Shown here one piece after another: positions 1-9,672 of a DNA stretch of 64,000 nt. A model generated the notes under the pieces. That model worked only from the letters and a program-made list of their open reading frames with translations, was not told the DNA's origin and searched no databases. Every line of letters begins with the position of its first letter. Positions within the stretch are counted from its first letter, which is position 1. This stretch comes from an uncultured Chloroflexia bacterium. Its GTDB lineage: Bacteria > Chloroflexota > Limnocylindria > Limnocylindrales > CSP1-4. The position numbers and the translations under genes were made by a program. Location: assembly GCA_963707215.1 (NCBI GenBank), contig CAVPPB010000003.1, forward strand, positions 864,001-928,000. Reading direction: 5' to 3'.

Positions 1-427
1 GCAGCTCGAAGGTCAGGCGGAGCGCGGTCGAGCGGCCCGAGAAGAGCCGCTGCCCGAAGGCGATCCGGAGCAGGGTGTATTCGTCGTTGCGGCTGGCGAC
101 CCGGACGGTCGGCTTGCCGTCGGGCGAGGAGATCGCGAACGTCTCGGTGCCCGGCTGGACCGCCAGGAACGCCTCGTCGAAGTAGTAGCGTCGGGTGGAC
201 GTGTCCTTACGGTTGTTGGTGGCCGTCAGGTCGACCGCCACCCGGACGGTCGCCTCGTCGGGCACGACGACGTAGTCCGCGTCGCCGACCAGCGAGAGGT
301 CCGGCGTGGCAGCAGCCACCGGCGCCGGCTGGGCTGCAAGCAGCGCGAGCCAGGCAGTCGCCAGGACGACGGCCAGCACCGAGCGGAGCGATCGACGCGT
401 CGGGCGGGTCGGTCGGCGGGTGCTCAC
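1..427 (-). CDS. Secreted hypothetical protein (5' part only; runs off window start)
   Basis: Manual translation from GTG at 427 (GTGA overlap with upstream stop): MSTRRPTRPTRRSLRSVLAVVLATAWLALLAAQPAPVAAATPDLSLVGDADYVVVPDEATVRV... has a Sec-type signal peptide; frame stays open to base 1. Confidence 0.75.
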   Translation of the reverse strand, partial: MSTRRPTRPTRRSLRSVLAVVLATAWLALLAAQPAPVAAATPDLSLVGDADYVVVPDEATVRVAVDLTATNNRKDTSTRRYYFDEAFLAVQPGTETFAISSPDGKPTVRVASRNDEYTLLRIAFGQRLFSGRSTALRLTFEL

Positions 428-948
428 GGCTGGACGAGCTCGGCGAGCCGGTCCGCGTAGCGGGCGAACAGCTGGACCTGGCGGCTGACCCGGTCGCCGG
501 TCGGCGGGATGCGCCCGCCGATCCAGAGCCAGTCGGCCGAATCCTCCAGGAGCTGGTCGCAGATCGCCAGGAGCCGTGCGATCGCCACGCCGACGGCGTC
601 CCGGTCCAGCGTCTCGAGCGGGAGTTCCGTCGTCAGGATGGGCCGCTCGTCCTGGGCGATGGCGAACTTGACGAAGGGGAACTCGTCGTTCCAGCGGAGC
701 AGCTTGCGGTATGACTTCCGAAACCCGTCACCGATGGGCGGCGCGAAGTGGACCCAGACGACGAGGGCGAGGCCGGGGTCGAGGATCAGGGTGACCGGGA
801 CGTCGAAGCGACGCCGACCGTCGAGGTCGAGGTCCCACGAGGAGACCCCCTCGCGCTCGGCGCGCTCGGTCGGCACCAGGGCGAGCTCCTGGAGCCAGCG
901 CTCGACGTCGGCCGCGGACACGGCGCGGCCCGGGATGGACGGGGGCAT
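424..948 (-). CDS. YbjN-like (T3SS-chaperone fold) domain protein
   Basis: 174 aa; LLRWNDEFPFVKFAI..D..L..ELP pattern typical of YbjN/sensory-transduction-regulator family; TAGACT -10 just upstream. Confidence 0.7.
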   Translation of the reverse strand: MPPSIPGRAVSAADVERWLQELALVPTERAEREGVSSWDLDLDGRRRFDVPVTLILDPGLALVVWVHFAPPIGDGFRKSYRKLLRWNDEFPFVKFAIAQDERPILTTELPLETLDRDAVGVAIARLLAICDQLLEDSADWLWIGGRIPPTGDRVSRQVQLFARYADRLAELVQP

Positions 949-1028
949 GGCCGGAGCAGTCTACCCGGGATCGGCCGGAGGGCCCTCGGCGGGGTCAGGC
1001 CGGCGATCGGCGCGGGTCGCCGCCCCGA

Positions 1029-2361
1029 TCAGCTCCCGGCGGCCCGTGACGAAAGGGGCTCGCCGGCGGTCGCCGGCTTCGGCCGGCGCGAGCTCCTGGC
1101 CCCCTTGGCGCCCCCTCGCCGGATCGTCCCGCCGGTGGGCACGGACCTGGACTTGAAGTCGCCCGAGCGGACCCCCTCGTCGATCCGGACGTTGCGACCG
1201 ACCCGCGTGCCGCGGGGGATCACGGCCTGCTTGCCGACGACGGTGATGCCGGTACTGAGCCGGGTCGGCTCGTCGCGGTTGGCCGGCTCATCGGGGCCCT
1301 GTCCGACGATCGACCCCTGGCCCACGACCACCTCCTTGTCGAGGATGGCCCGGTCCACCACCGCGTTCGAGCGGATGACGCTGTCGAACATGACGATCGA
1401 ATCGCGGACGACCGCCCCCAGCTCGACCCGCACTCCCGGCGAGAGGACCGAGTTGACGACGGTCCCGTGGATGATGCAGCCGTGGCTGATGAGGCTGCGG
1501 TGGACCTGGGCGGTCGGACCGACCTTGGCCGGCGGGCGCTCCTCCGATTTCGTGAAGACGGTCCACTCGCGATCGTAGAGATCGAGCTCGGGGCGGTCGA
1601 CCAGCAGGGCGAGATTCGCCTCCCAGTAGGACTGGATGGTGCCCACGTCCTGCCAGTAGCCGCCGAAGCGGTAGCCGAAGACTCGCGCCCCGCCATCGAG
1701 CATCGCCGGGATGACGTTGGCCCCGAAGTCGGTCAGCGACTCGTCCAGCCAGCGGAGGAGCGCCCGCTTCGTGAAGACGTACACGCCCATCGACGCCAGG
1801 TCGCTCTTGGGCTGCTTGGGCTTCTCCTGCCAGTCGACGATCCGGTCGGTCTCATCGAGGGCGAGGATCCCCATCCGGGTGGCCTCGGCGAGGGGCACCT
1901 GGCGGACGCCGATCGTCACGTCGGCCCGTCGACGGCGATGGGCCTGGACGAACGGCTGGTAGTCCATCTTGTAGATGTGATCACCGGCAAGGACCACGAT
2001 GGTGTCGGCGGGGTGCTGCTCGATGGCCCCGAGGTTCTGGAGCACCGCGTCGGCCGTCCCCCGGTACCACTCCCCGCCCCGGCCACGCGCCACGTAGGGC
2101 TGCATCAGGCGAACGCCGCCGCGCGCCCGGTCGAGGTCCCATGGCCGCCCCAGGCCGATGTGGTCGGTCAGCGATCGGGGCGCGTACTGGGTCAGGACCA
2201 GGACGTCGTCGATATCCGAGTTGACGCAGTTGCGACAGGGTGAAGTCGATGATCCGGTACTTACCGCCGAACGGCACCGCCGGCTTGGCCCGGATGGCCG
2301 ACAGGATCGAGAGACGCTCGCCCTCGCCCCCGGCCAGGATGATCGCCATCGTGCGCTTCAC
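1029..2361 (-). CDS. glgC: Glucose-1-phosphate adenylyltransferase, split by a +1 frameshift near 2232 (probable consensus error)
   Basis: ORF 1981..2361 gives [10 protein letters not shown]...[20 protein letters not shown]; the second frame continues NCVNSDI...[38 protein letters not shown] and a hexapeptide tail. Confidence 0.93.
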
Positions 2362-2443
2362 GGGCGGGCCCCCTTTCCAGCTGGCGATCCACGCTCCCCA
2401 GCGCCGATGCTAGCACCGTCCCATCGGGCGGCGGAGGCCGGGA

Positions 2444-3799
2444 TCAGACGAACAGCCGGGGGTTCACCCAGGAGCCGTTCCGTTCGATCATCCAGTGCAG
2501 GTGCGGCCCGGTGGTCCGGCCGGTCATCCCGTTGTAGCCGATGACCTCGCCCTGCTTGACCGACTCACCGGCCCGGACGGTCAGCGGCTTCGTTGCGTTG
2601 TCGAGGTGGGCGTACCACGAGATGAGCGTCTCGGAGTGGGCGATGATGACGATCCAGGCCTTCGGCACCGGGTCGTAGGGGTTCGCTCCGGCGAAGACGA
2701 CGACCCCGTCTCCCGCGGCCTTCACCGGGGTGTACATCGGCGCGGCGATGTCGATGCCCTTGTGGAAGTGGGCGCAGCTGCCCAGCGGCGGCTCCCAGGA
2801 GAAGCCGGTGCAGCCGAACTCCTGGGTGATCTTGCCGGCCATCGGCCAGATGAACGTCCCGTTGTACTGCGAGGGGATGTTGCCGTACTGCTTGCGCTGC
2901 CGGATCAGCTCCTCGATCTGGGCCTGCAGGCGACGCTGGGCCGCCTCGCTGGCCTTGAGCGCCCTGTCCGCGGCGGCCTTGTTCGAGTCGAGCTGGGCGT
3001 AGGCCGACCGCTGGGCAGACAGCGCGCGGGCGGTCTCCTTCTTGAGGACCTCGAGCTGGCGCTTGGCCTCCCGCAGGTCGGCCACCCGGGCGTCGAGCTC
3101 GGCCTTCTGGGCGGCCGTCTCGTCCCGAAGCTCGATCGTCTGGCGGGTCGTGACGAGGACCTGTCCCTTGAGCGCATCGAGGACCTCCTGGTCGCGCTCG
3201 ATGGCCCGAGCCAGGGCCCGGTCCTGCTCGCCCACGTCGAGGTGCCAGTCGACCTCGGCGATGACGTCGGTGAACGACTCGCCCGACAGGAAGGTCTCCA
3301 GGATCGAGGTCCGATCCGTCGAGTAGGCGCTCCGGATCCGCTCCGCGAGCTCCTCCTTCTTGACCGCCAGGGCCTCGGCCATGGCCTGCGCCTCGGCCTT
3401 CAGGCGGACCAGCTGCGTGGCCAGGATCTTGAGCTGGAGGACCAGCCCGTCGTAGACGCGCTGGACCTCGGCGATCTGGACCTCGAGCCCCTTGATCCGG
3501 GTCGCGATCGCGTCCAGGTCGGCGTTGACCTGCTTGAGCGCCGCGGCGGTCTGGGAGATCTCGGCCTTGAGCGAGGCCTGGGCAGCGTGGAGCTTCTCGA
3601 TCTGGGCCCTCTGGGCGTCGATCTGCTGCTGCAGCTCCTTCTTGTCCTTGACGGCGTCGTCGAGCTCGTCGGCCGAGACCCCAGGGGCCGGGCCGGCGAC
3701 GAGGCCGGCCGCCAGCGGCAGGACGAGGAGGAAGGCGAGGAAGCGCAGGGGCAGGCGGCGGGGCGATCCGGAGGCCCAGCCGGGGGCGTGGCGCTGCAT
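2444..3799 (-). CDS. Coiled-coil + M23 family metallopeptidase (EnvC/murein hydrolase activator-like)
   Basis: Signal peptide, long heptad coiled coil, M23 zinc motifs HKGID (HxxxD) and HLH, YAHL; start at ATG 3799 inferred. Confidence 0.88.
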   Translation of the reverse strand: MQRHAPGWASGSPRRLPLRFLAFLLVLPLAAGLVAGPAPGVSADELDDAVKDKKELQQQIDAQRAQIEKLHAAQASLKAEISQTAAALKQVNADLDAIATRIKGLEVQIAEVQRVYDGLVLQLKILATQLVRLKAEAQAMAEALAVKKEELAERIRSAYSTDRTSILETFLSGESFTDVIAEVDWHLDVGEQDRALARAIERDQEVLDALKGQVLVTTRQTIELRDETAAQKAELDARVADLREAKRQLEVLKKETARALSAQRSAYAQLDSNKAAADRALKASEAAQRRLQAQIEELIRQRKQYGNIPSQYNGTFIWPMAGKITQEFGCTGFSWEPPLGSCAHFHKGIDIAAPMYTPVKAAGDGVVVFAGANPYDPVPKAWIVIIAHSETLISWYAHLDNATKPLTVRAGESVKQGEVIGYNGMTGRTTGPHLHWMIERNGSWVNPRLFV

Positions 3800-3988
3800 C
3801 AGTGCTGGAGCATCCTGCGAGCGGTCTCCGTGGTTGGCCCGGGCGGCGCTTGGCTCGCGACGGTCCGCGACGCGGTATGGCTCGCCGGCCATCCACAGCA
3901 GCGACGGGCACGGCCGCGGCCGATGCCGGCTCCGCGGAATCCTACACCCGCACCCCGAGCAGCCCCGCTGGTACGAAGGTACGGCTCG

Positions 3989-4666
3989 CTATGCGGGACC
4001 CGTGACCAGGATCCCCCAGAGGATCCCGACGATGAGGAACGGGCCGTAGGGCACGTACGTTCGCAGGGTGATCCGTCGCAGGGCCAGCAGGACGACGAGG
4101 ACGACCCCGGCGAGCAGGACGCCGGCCACCACCCCGGCCAGGAACGGCCCGACGCCGGCCAGCAGGCCCGCTCCGACGAGGAACTTCACGTCGCCCAGCC
4201 CGAACGCGCCCGACCCGAACGGGATCGAGGCGACGTACAGGACGGTCGGGACGGCCACGGCGGCGACGACGGCCAGGGGCAGGTCGACCGGGGCCACGAG
4301 CGGGTTCCAGCCGGCCAGCGACGCGACGAACGCGACCGGGATGACCGGCAGGGTGAGGACATCGGGCAGGAGCCGCTGGTCGAGGTCGGTCGCCAGCATG
4401 AGAGCGCAGGCCGTCGCGAAGGCCCCGAAGAGCAGCGAGGCCGCCAGCTCCGGGTACCGCCAGCCCACGGCGGCCAGCGACGCCCCCGAGACGAGCGCCA
4501 CGGCGAGCGTGCGCCAGTCGGCGGCGCGGACCCAGCCGGCTGACCGCACGACGGTGCCGTCCTCGCCGATCTCCGCCTCGTGGACCGGCCAGCGAGCGGC
4601 GATGCGGTCCGCCACCAGGCCCCAGGCGGCACCCACGACGGCGAGGGCGACGACGATGGGGGTCAT
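3989..4666 (-). CDS. Prepilin peptidase (A24 family)
   Basis: Multi-TM protein; TDLDQRLLPD and GLGDVK catalytic Asp motifs; VPYGPFL C-terminus. Confidence 0.88.
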   Translation of the reverse strand: MTPIVVALAVVGAAWGLVADRIAARWPVHEAEIGEDGTVVRSAGWVRAADWRTLAVALVSGASLAAVGWRYPELAASLLFGAFATACALMLATDLDQRLLPDVLTLPVIPVAFVASLAGWNPLVAPVDLPLAVVAAVAVPTVLYVASIPFGSGAFGLGDVKFLVGAGLLAGVGPFLAGVVAGVLLAGVVLVVLLALRRITLRTYVPYGPFLIVGILWGILVTGPA

Positions 4667-4702
4667 CGGGTCGTCGGTTCCGCCACCGTCACGACCGGGG
4701 CG

Positions 4703-6211
4703 TCAGCCCGACCGGGCCCCGGCGAGGGCCAGCTCCACGAGGGTGGCGTGAACGTTCCCGGTCGCGCCTCGCGGCGCGAACGCGGTCGGCTTGCGGAGGT
4801 AGGCGGTCCCGGCGATGTCGAGGTGGACCCACGGCGTCGTGACGAAGCGGCGAAGGAACAGGGCGCTCTTGATGAGGCCGCCGTCCGAGCTGCCGGAGTT
4901 GACCATGTCCGCGTACCACGAGTCCATCTCGGGCCAGTACTCCTCGACGAGGGGCAGGCGCCAGAGCCGCTCGCCTGCCCGCGACGCCGCGGCCGCGACG
5001 GTCTCGTAGAAGTCGTCGGGCGCCCCGAAGGCGCCGCTGACGAGGTGCCCGAGGGCCCGGGCCACGGCACCGGTCAGGGTGGCCACGTCGACGACGTGGG
5101 TCGCCCCCAGCCGCTCGGCATAGGTCATGGCGTCGCCCAGGATGAGGCGGCCCTCGGCGTCGGTGTTGGTGATGTCGACGAACTGGCCGTTGAGCGCCTT
5201 GACCACGTCGCCCGGCCTGGTGGAGTGCGGACCGGGCATGTTCTCGACGGCCGGCGCGACCGCCAGCAGCGGCGTGCCGGGCGCCAGCCGGGCGACCGTG
5301 GCGATCGCCGCGATGACCGTGCAGGCGCCGGTCTTGTCCATCTTCATCTCTTCCATCCGGTCGGACGGCTTGATGCTGATGCCCCCGGAGTCGAAGCAGA
5401 CGCCCTTGCCGACGAGCGCCAGGTGGCGGTCCAGGGCGTCGCGCTCCCCTTCCCCGCCCGACCGGAGGACGATCATCCGGGGCGGGCTGGCGCTGCCCTG
5501 CCCAACGGCCAGGAACATGCCCATGCCCAGCTCGGCCGCGCGGACCTCGTCGATGACGTCGATGGCCAGGCCGTTCGCGGCCGCGACGGCCCGGGCCTCC
5601 TCGGCCAGCGCCTCGGGAGGGAGCTCGTTGGCGGCCCGGTTCGCCAGGGTCCGGGCCAGCTCGGCCCCCTCCGCCATGATCCGGCCGCGCTCGGCGGCCC
5701 GCTCCAGGTCGGCAGCCGAGCCAGCCGGGACCACGACGATCAGCTCCTGGAGCGCGGGCGGAGCCCCCTCGGGTTCCTGCCGATAGAGGGACTTGGGGTC
5801 ATAGGAGCCCTCGACGAGGCCACGGACGACCTGCTCGGCCGCAGCTTCGAGACCCCCATCGATCGTCGCGAAGGGCTCGAGCCAGACGGCGAGCGACGCG
5901 ACCGACCGACCCGCCAGGCGACGGATCGCCGCGGCCGCAGCCCAGCGGACGGTCTCGCGGTCGAGGTCCGGGGACTCCCCGGCACCGACACAGAGGACCC
6001 GACCCGCGCCGAGCTCACCCGCCGCCGCAAGGACCGTGGTGAAGCGCTTGCCCTCGAGCTCGCGCAATGTCGCCAGCCTGCCCAGCTCCCCACCGGCCCG
6101 GCGATCGATCTCCCCGAGGACCGCCTCGAAGCGGGGCTCCCCGACGATCGGCAGGACGAGGACGTCCGCGGCGACATCCCAGGGCTGGTCGACGACGACG
6201 CGCAGCTGCAT
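4703..6211 (-). CDS. pepA: Leucyl aminopeptidase (M17)
   Basis: LVGKGVCFDSGGISIKP, MKMDKTG, NTDAEGRLILGD, ATLTGA, HLDIAG motifs; SD GGAGG before ATG 6211. Confidence 0.93.
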   Translation of the reverse strand: MQLRVVVDQPWDVAADVLVLPIVGEPRFEAVLGEIDRRAGGELGRLATLRELEGKRFTTVLAAAGELGAGRVLCVGAGESPDLDRETVRWAAAAAIRRLAGRSVASLAVWLEPFATIDGGLEAAAEQVVRGLVEGSYDPKSLYRQEPEGAPPALQELIVVVPAGSAADLERAAERGRIMAEGAELARTLANRAANELPPEALAEEARAVAAANGLAIDVIDEVRAAELGMGMFLAVGQGSASPPRMIVLRSGGEGERDALDRHLALVGKGVCFDSGGISIKPSDRMEEMKMDKTGACTVIAAIATVARLAPGTPLLAVAPAVENMPGPHSTRPGDVVKALNGQFVDITNTDAEGRLILGDAMTYAERLGATHVVDVATLTGAVARALGHLVSGAFGAPDDFYETVAAAASRAGERLWRLPLVEEYWPEMDSWYADMVNSGSSDGGLIKSALFLRRFVTTPWVHLDIAGTAYLRKPTAFAPRGATGNVHATLVELALAGARSG

Positions 6212-6326
6212 GCGTTCAGGGCCTCCGGCTGATATGGGCATCACCGATGACGGCGACACGGGCAAGGGCGCCCGAAGTGTAGCGCGCCGGTCCGTCCGCG
6301 GATCGGCCGGCCTCCGCGAGCGCCGC

Positions 6327-7325
6327 TCAGCCGTCCTCGCCCGACCCCAGGTCCGCCGATCGGAGGGTCTCCGTCGCATCCTCCAGCTGGCCCCGCACCG
6401 TCTCGATCCCGATCGCGACCTCGTTCAAGCCGCCCCGGGCGAGCTCGGCCAGGATCACCGTGAGACCCCGCGTGTCGGGCGGCAGGTCCTGGCGAGCGGC
6501 CTGCTCGGCCGCGAACGCATCACGGACGGCCCCGTCGACCCGGCCACCGGATGCGATCAGGGCGCTGTAGAGCGTTCGCAGCGCAGCATCGTAGGCGGCG
6601 TTGCGGTCGAGCCACTGGTCGAGCGTGACGACGTCGGCGGTGTTGGCCAGGCGGTCGCGCAGGCGGCGGGCCTCGGCGACGATCGCGTCGGACCGATCGA
6701 GCGCGGTCAGTGCCTCCTCGTAGCGGCCGGCCGAGCCGGACGACGCGGCCTCCGCGGTCGAGGCGTCGTGATCCAGGAGCAAGGTCGTCAGCGCGTCCGC
6801 GGCGACGCTTCCGGCTGAGAAGCGGGCCCAGCCGGCCCCGAGATCGCGGGTCAGCTCGAGCGCCTCCAGCAGGTCGATCACCATCTGCCGTTCGGCCGCT
6901 CCCAGTCGGAGCTCCGCATCCGGGGCGAGCGGCACGGTCGGATCCGGCGCGACGCCGGGCAAGGCGAGGATCCCGGTCCGGAGCTCGGCTGCGGCAGCGG
7001 CGACCGCCGGCGCCTGCGTGTCACCCGCCTCGACCGACCTGGCAAGCAGATCCCGGTCGGTCCCCACGAGGGCGACCAGGGCCGTCCGGGCCGTCGTCGA
7101 GTACTCCCCGACGAGCTCCGTCAGGACCTCCAGGTCGTCCACGGCAGCCACCAGGCCCGGGCGGATCGCCTGGTCGCCGGCCCAGGTCAGCTCGGCCCGG
7201 GCCGCGGTCCCGGGCGGGCCGCCGACGCCGGTGACGATCCCGGCTGCACCGAGGGACAGGAGGATCGCGGCTGCGGACCAGCCGAGCGCGAGGAGCAGCG
7301 GGCGGAGACGAGGCATGGCGGGCAT
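6327..7325 (-). CDS. Hypothetical membrane-anchored helical protein
   Basis: 3' part of ORF 6327..7925; N-terminal TM/signal segment (LLLALGWSAAAILLSLGAAGIV) followed by an Ala-rich helical body; start at 7325 or 7316. Confidence 0.7.
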   Translation of the reverse strand: MPAMPRLRPLLLALGWSAAAILLSLGAAGIVTGVGGPPGTAARAELTWAGDQAIRPGLVAAVDDLEVLTELVGEYSTTARTALVALVGTDRDLLARSVEAGDTQAPAVAAAAAELRTGILALPGVAPDPTVPLAPDAELRLGAAERQMVIDLLEALELTRDLGAGWARFSAGSVAADALTTLLLDHDASTAEAASSGSAGRYEEALTALDRSDAIVAEARRLRDRLANTADVVTLDQWLDRNAAYDAALRTLYSALIASGGRVDGAVRDAFAAEQAARQDLPPDTRGLTVILAELARGGLNEVAIGIETVRGQLEDATETLRSADLGSGEDG

Positions 7326-7429
7326 CGTCGCACAGGACGGCTGACGGGTCAGGGGTGCGACGTCCGGCGCCGTGACGGCGTCCGGGCCCACCGGTGCCGG
7401 TGCGGGGCCGCCGGTGGCGGCCGGACTGG

Positions 7430-8395
7430 CTAGATCGAGGCGGCGACCGGGGCCACCCGGTCCTGGTCCTTCGGCTTGCGCCGGAGGTAGCCCAGCTGGC
7501 CCTCCATGTCGGTCGGCCGGAAACCGAACTCGCGCTCGACCCCGTCGAACAAATCGGTGATGTTGTCGAGTCGGAGCTGCCGGAGCTGGTCGGTGGCGAC
7601 CGGGAACGGGATGCGGAGGGTCTCGCTCGTCCCGGCGACCAGACGGATCAGCGGGACGGGCATCGGGACGATGACCCGCTTGGTGCCCATGCCGGCCATC
7701 ACCTCGCGAGCGATCTCCTTGTACGTCCAGTACCGCGGGCCGCCCAGGTCGTAGCTCCGCCCGATCGTCGCGTCGTCGTCGAGCGCCATGGCGGCCACCC
7801 GGGCGACATCGGTCGCGGCGATCGGCTGGAAGCGGCTCTCGCCGTTGCCGGGGACCGGCACGAGACCCGGCGACATCCGGACCAGGCCCGCCAGGATGTT
7901 GAAGAAGCCGTCGCGCTCGCCCCACTGGAGCGATGGCTTGAGGATGGTCCAGTCCAGCCCGCTCTCACGGACGATCGTCTCGGCCTTGGCCTTCGAGCTC
8001 GCGTAGTGGAGGTTCGGGTCGTCCTCGACGCCCATGGCGCCCATGTGGACGAGGCGGCGGACGCCGGCGCCCTTCATCGCCTCGACCACGTTGCGGGTGC
8101 CCTCGGTGTTGACGAGGCGGAGGCTGGCGCCGCCGTCCCGGTCACGGGGGAGGGCGACCAGGTGGACGACCGCGTCGACGCCCGCAAGGGCACCGGGCAG
8201 TGTCTCGGGACGGGTCACGTCGCCGGTTCGCAGCTCCACGTTGGACCGCTCCTGGGGCCCGAGGCGTCCGAGGACGGTGGCGCCCGCGGCATCCGACCGG
8301 ACGAGGCCGACGACCTGGTGGCCGCCGGCGAGGAGTGCAGGGACGACGTAGCTGCCCACGAAGCCGCTGGCGCCGGTGACGAGGACGGTGGCCAT
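7430..8395 (-). CDS. NAD-dependent epimerase/dehydratase, NDUFA9-like atypical SDR
   Basis: VLVTGASGFVG Rossmann motif, YASSK (YxxxK), FQPIAATDVA, YDLGGP. Confidence 0.88.
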   Translation of the reverse strand: MATVLVTGASGFVGSYVVPALLAGGHQVVGLVRSDAAGATVLGRLGPQERSNVELRTGDVTRPETLPGALAGVDAVVHLVALPRDRDGGASLRLVNTEGTRNVVEAMKGAGVRRLVHMGAMGVEDDPNLHYASSKAKAETIVRESGLDWTILKPSLQWGERDGFFNILAGLVRMSPGLVPVPGNGESRFQPIAATDVARVAAMALDDDATIGRSYDLGGPRYWTYKEIAREVMAGMGTKRVIVPMPVPLIRLVAGTSETLRIPFPVATDQLRQLRLDNITDLFDGVEREFGFRPTDMEGQLGYLRRKPKDQDRVAPVAASI

Positions 8396-8498
8396 GATCA
8401 GGATCCCTTCTGCATCTGCGCGGCGTCGGTCGCGCTGATCTCACCCTACCGTTCGCGGCGACGCGCGCGCCGGATGGGGCTCGCGTAGCATCGCTCCG

Positions 8499-9593
8499 AT
8501 GGACCAGGACGACCAGCCCCCGACGGAGGATCCCATCCAGCCAGCGGGACTCGAGCGCCTGCTCGCCGGGATGCCCAAGGCGGAGCTCCACCTCCATCTC
8601 GACGGGTCGCTGCTCGTCGACACGGCCCTCGAGCTGGCCAGGACCCGGGGCGTGGACGCTCCCGGCGACCGGGAGGCGATGCGGGCCTCCCTCGTCGCCC
8701 CGCCGCACGGCGCATCCCAGGCCGAGCTGCTCACGGCCTACGACCTCCCCATCGCGCTCCTCCAGGACGCCGATGCGCTCGAGCGCGTCGCCGCCGAGCT
8801 GGTCGAGGCGAAGGCCGATGACGGCGTCCATTACGTCGAGATCCGCTGGGGGCCGCGGCTCCACCTCGAGCGCGGGCTCCCGCTGGCCGACGGGATCGCA
8901 GCCGTGCTCCGTGGAGCGAACGAGGCGGCCCGGCGACGGGGCATCGATGTCCGGCTCATCTGCACGGCCATACGAACCCACCACCCGACGGCCAACCTCC
9001 AGCTCGCCGAGGTCGCGGCACGCTTCCGCGACGAGGGCCTGACCGGCTGGGACCTTGCCGGCCCGGAGGCGGCGTTCCCGGATCCGCTCGATCATGCCCG
9101 GGCCTTCGAGGCGGCCCGGGCCGGCGGGCTCAGGATCACCCTCCACGCCGGCGAGTGGGGCGGAGCCGCCCAGGTCCGCCGGGCCCTCGCCCTGGACCCG
9201 GAGCGGATCGCCCACGGACCGCTGGCCGCCGACGACCCGACCCTCGTCGCTGAGCTGATCGATCGGGGCATCACCCTGGACCTCTGCCCGACGAGCAACG
9301 TCCAGGCCGGCATCGTGCCGTCCGTCGAGGCCCATCCCCTGGCGCGGCTCCACCGCGCCGGCGTCTCGGTGACGCTCTCGACCGACGACCTGACCGTCTC
9401 CGAGGTCACCCTCACCGAGGAGTACCGCCGAGCGGTCGTCGACAACGGCCTGTCGCTCCCGGAGCTCTGGGCGATCGACCGGCGTGCTCTCGAGGTCGCC
9501 TTCGCCGACGAGGGCACGCTGGACGGGCTGCGAGCGGCGTTCGATGCCTGGGCCGCCGGCCGGCCGGACCTGGCCGGGTCGTCGGACGCCTGA
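8499..9593 (+). CDS. add: Adenosine deaminase
   Basis: PKAELHLHLDGS, DLAGPE, TLHAGE, RIAHG, CPTSN, STDD metal-binding and catalytic motifs. Confidence 0.9.
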   Translation: MDQDDQPPTEDPIQPAGLERLLAGMPKAELHLHLDGSLLVDTALELARTRGVDAPGDREAMRASLVAPPHGASQAELLTAYDLPIALLQDADALERVAAELVEAKADDGVHYVEIRWGPRLHLERGLPLADGIAAVLRGANEAARRRGIDVRLICTAIRTHHPTANLQLAEVAARFRDEGLTGWDLAGPEAAFPDPLDHARAFEAARAGGLRITLHAGEWGGAAQVRRALALDPERIAHGPLAADDPTLVAELIDRGITLDLCPTSNVQAGIVPSVEAHPLARLHRAGVSVTLSTDDLTVSEVTLTEEYRRAVVDNGLSLPELWAIDRRALEVAFADEGTLDGLRAAFDAWAAGRPDLAGSSDA

Positions 9594-9672
9594 CCGAGGC
9601 CCGCCCGGCAGCGGGTTCCCCGCGGACCGCCACGTCCGGTACCCTCCCCCCACCGGGGCACCAGGGAGAGCG

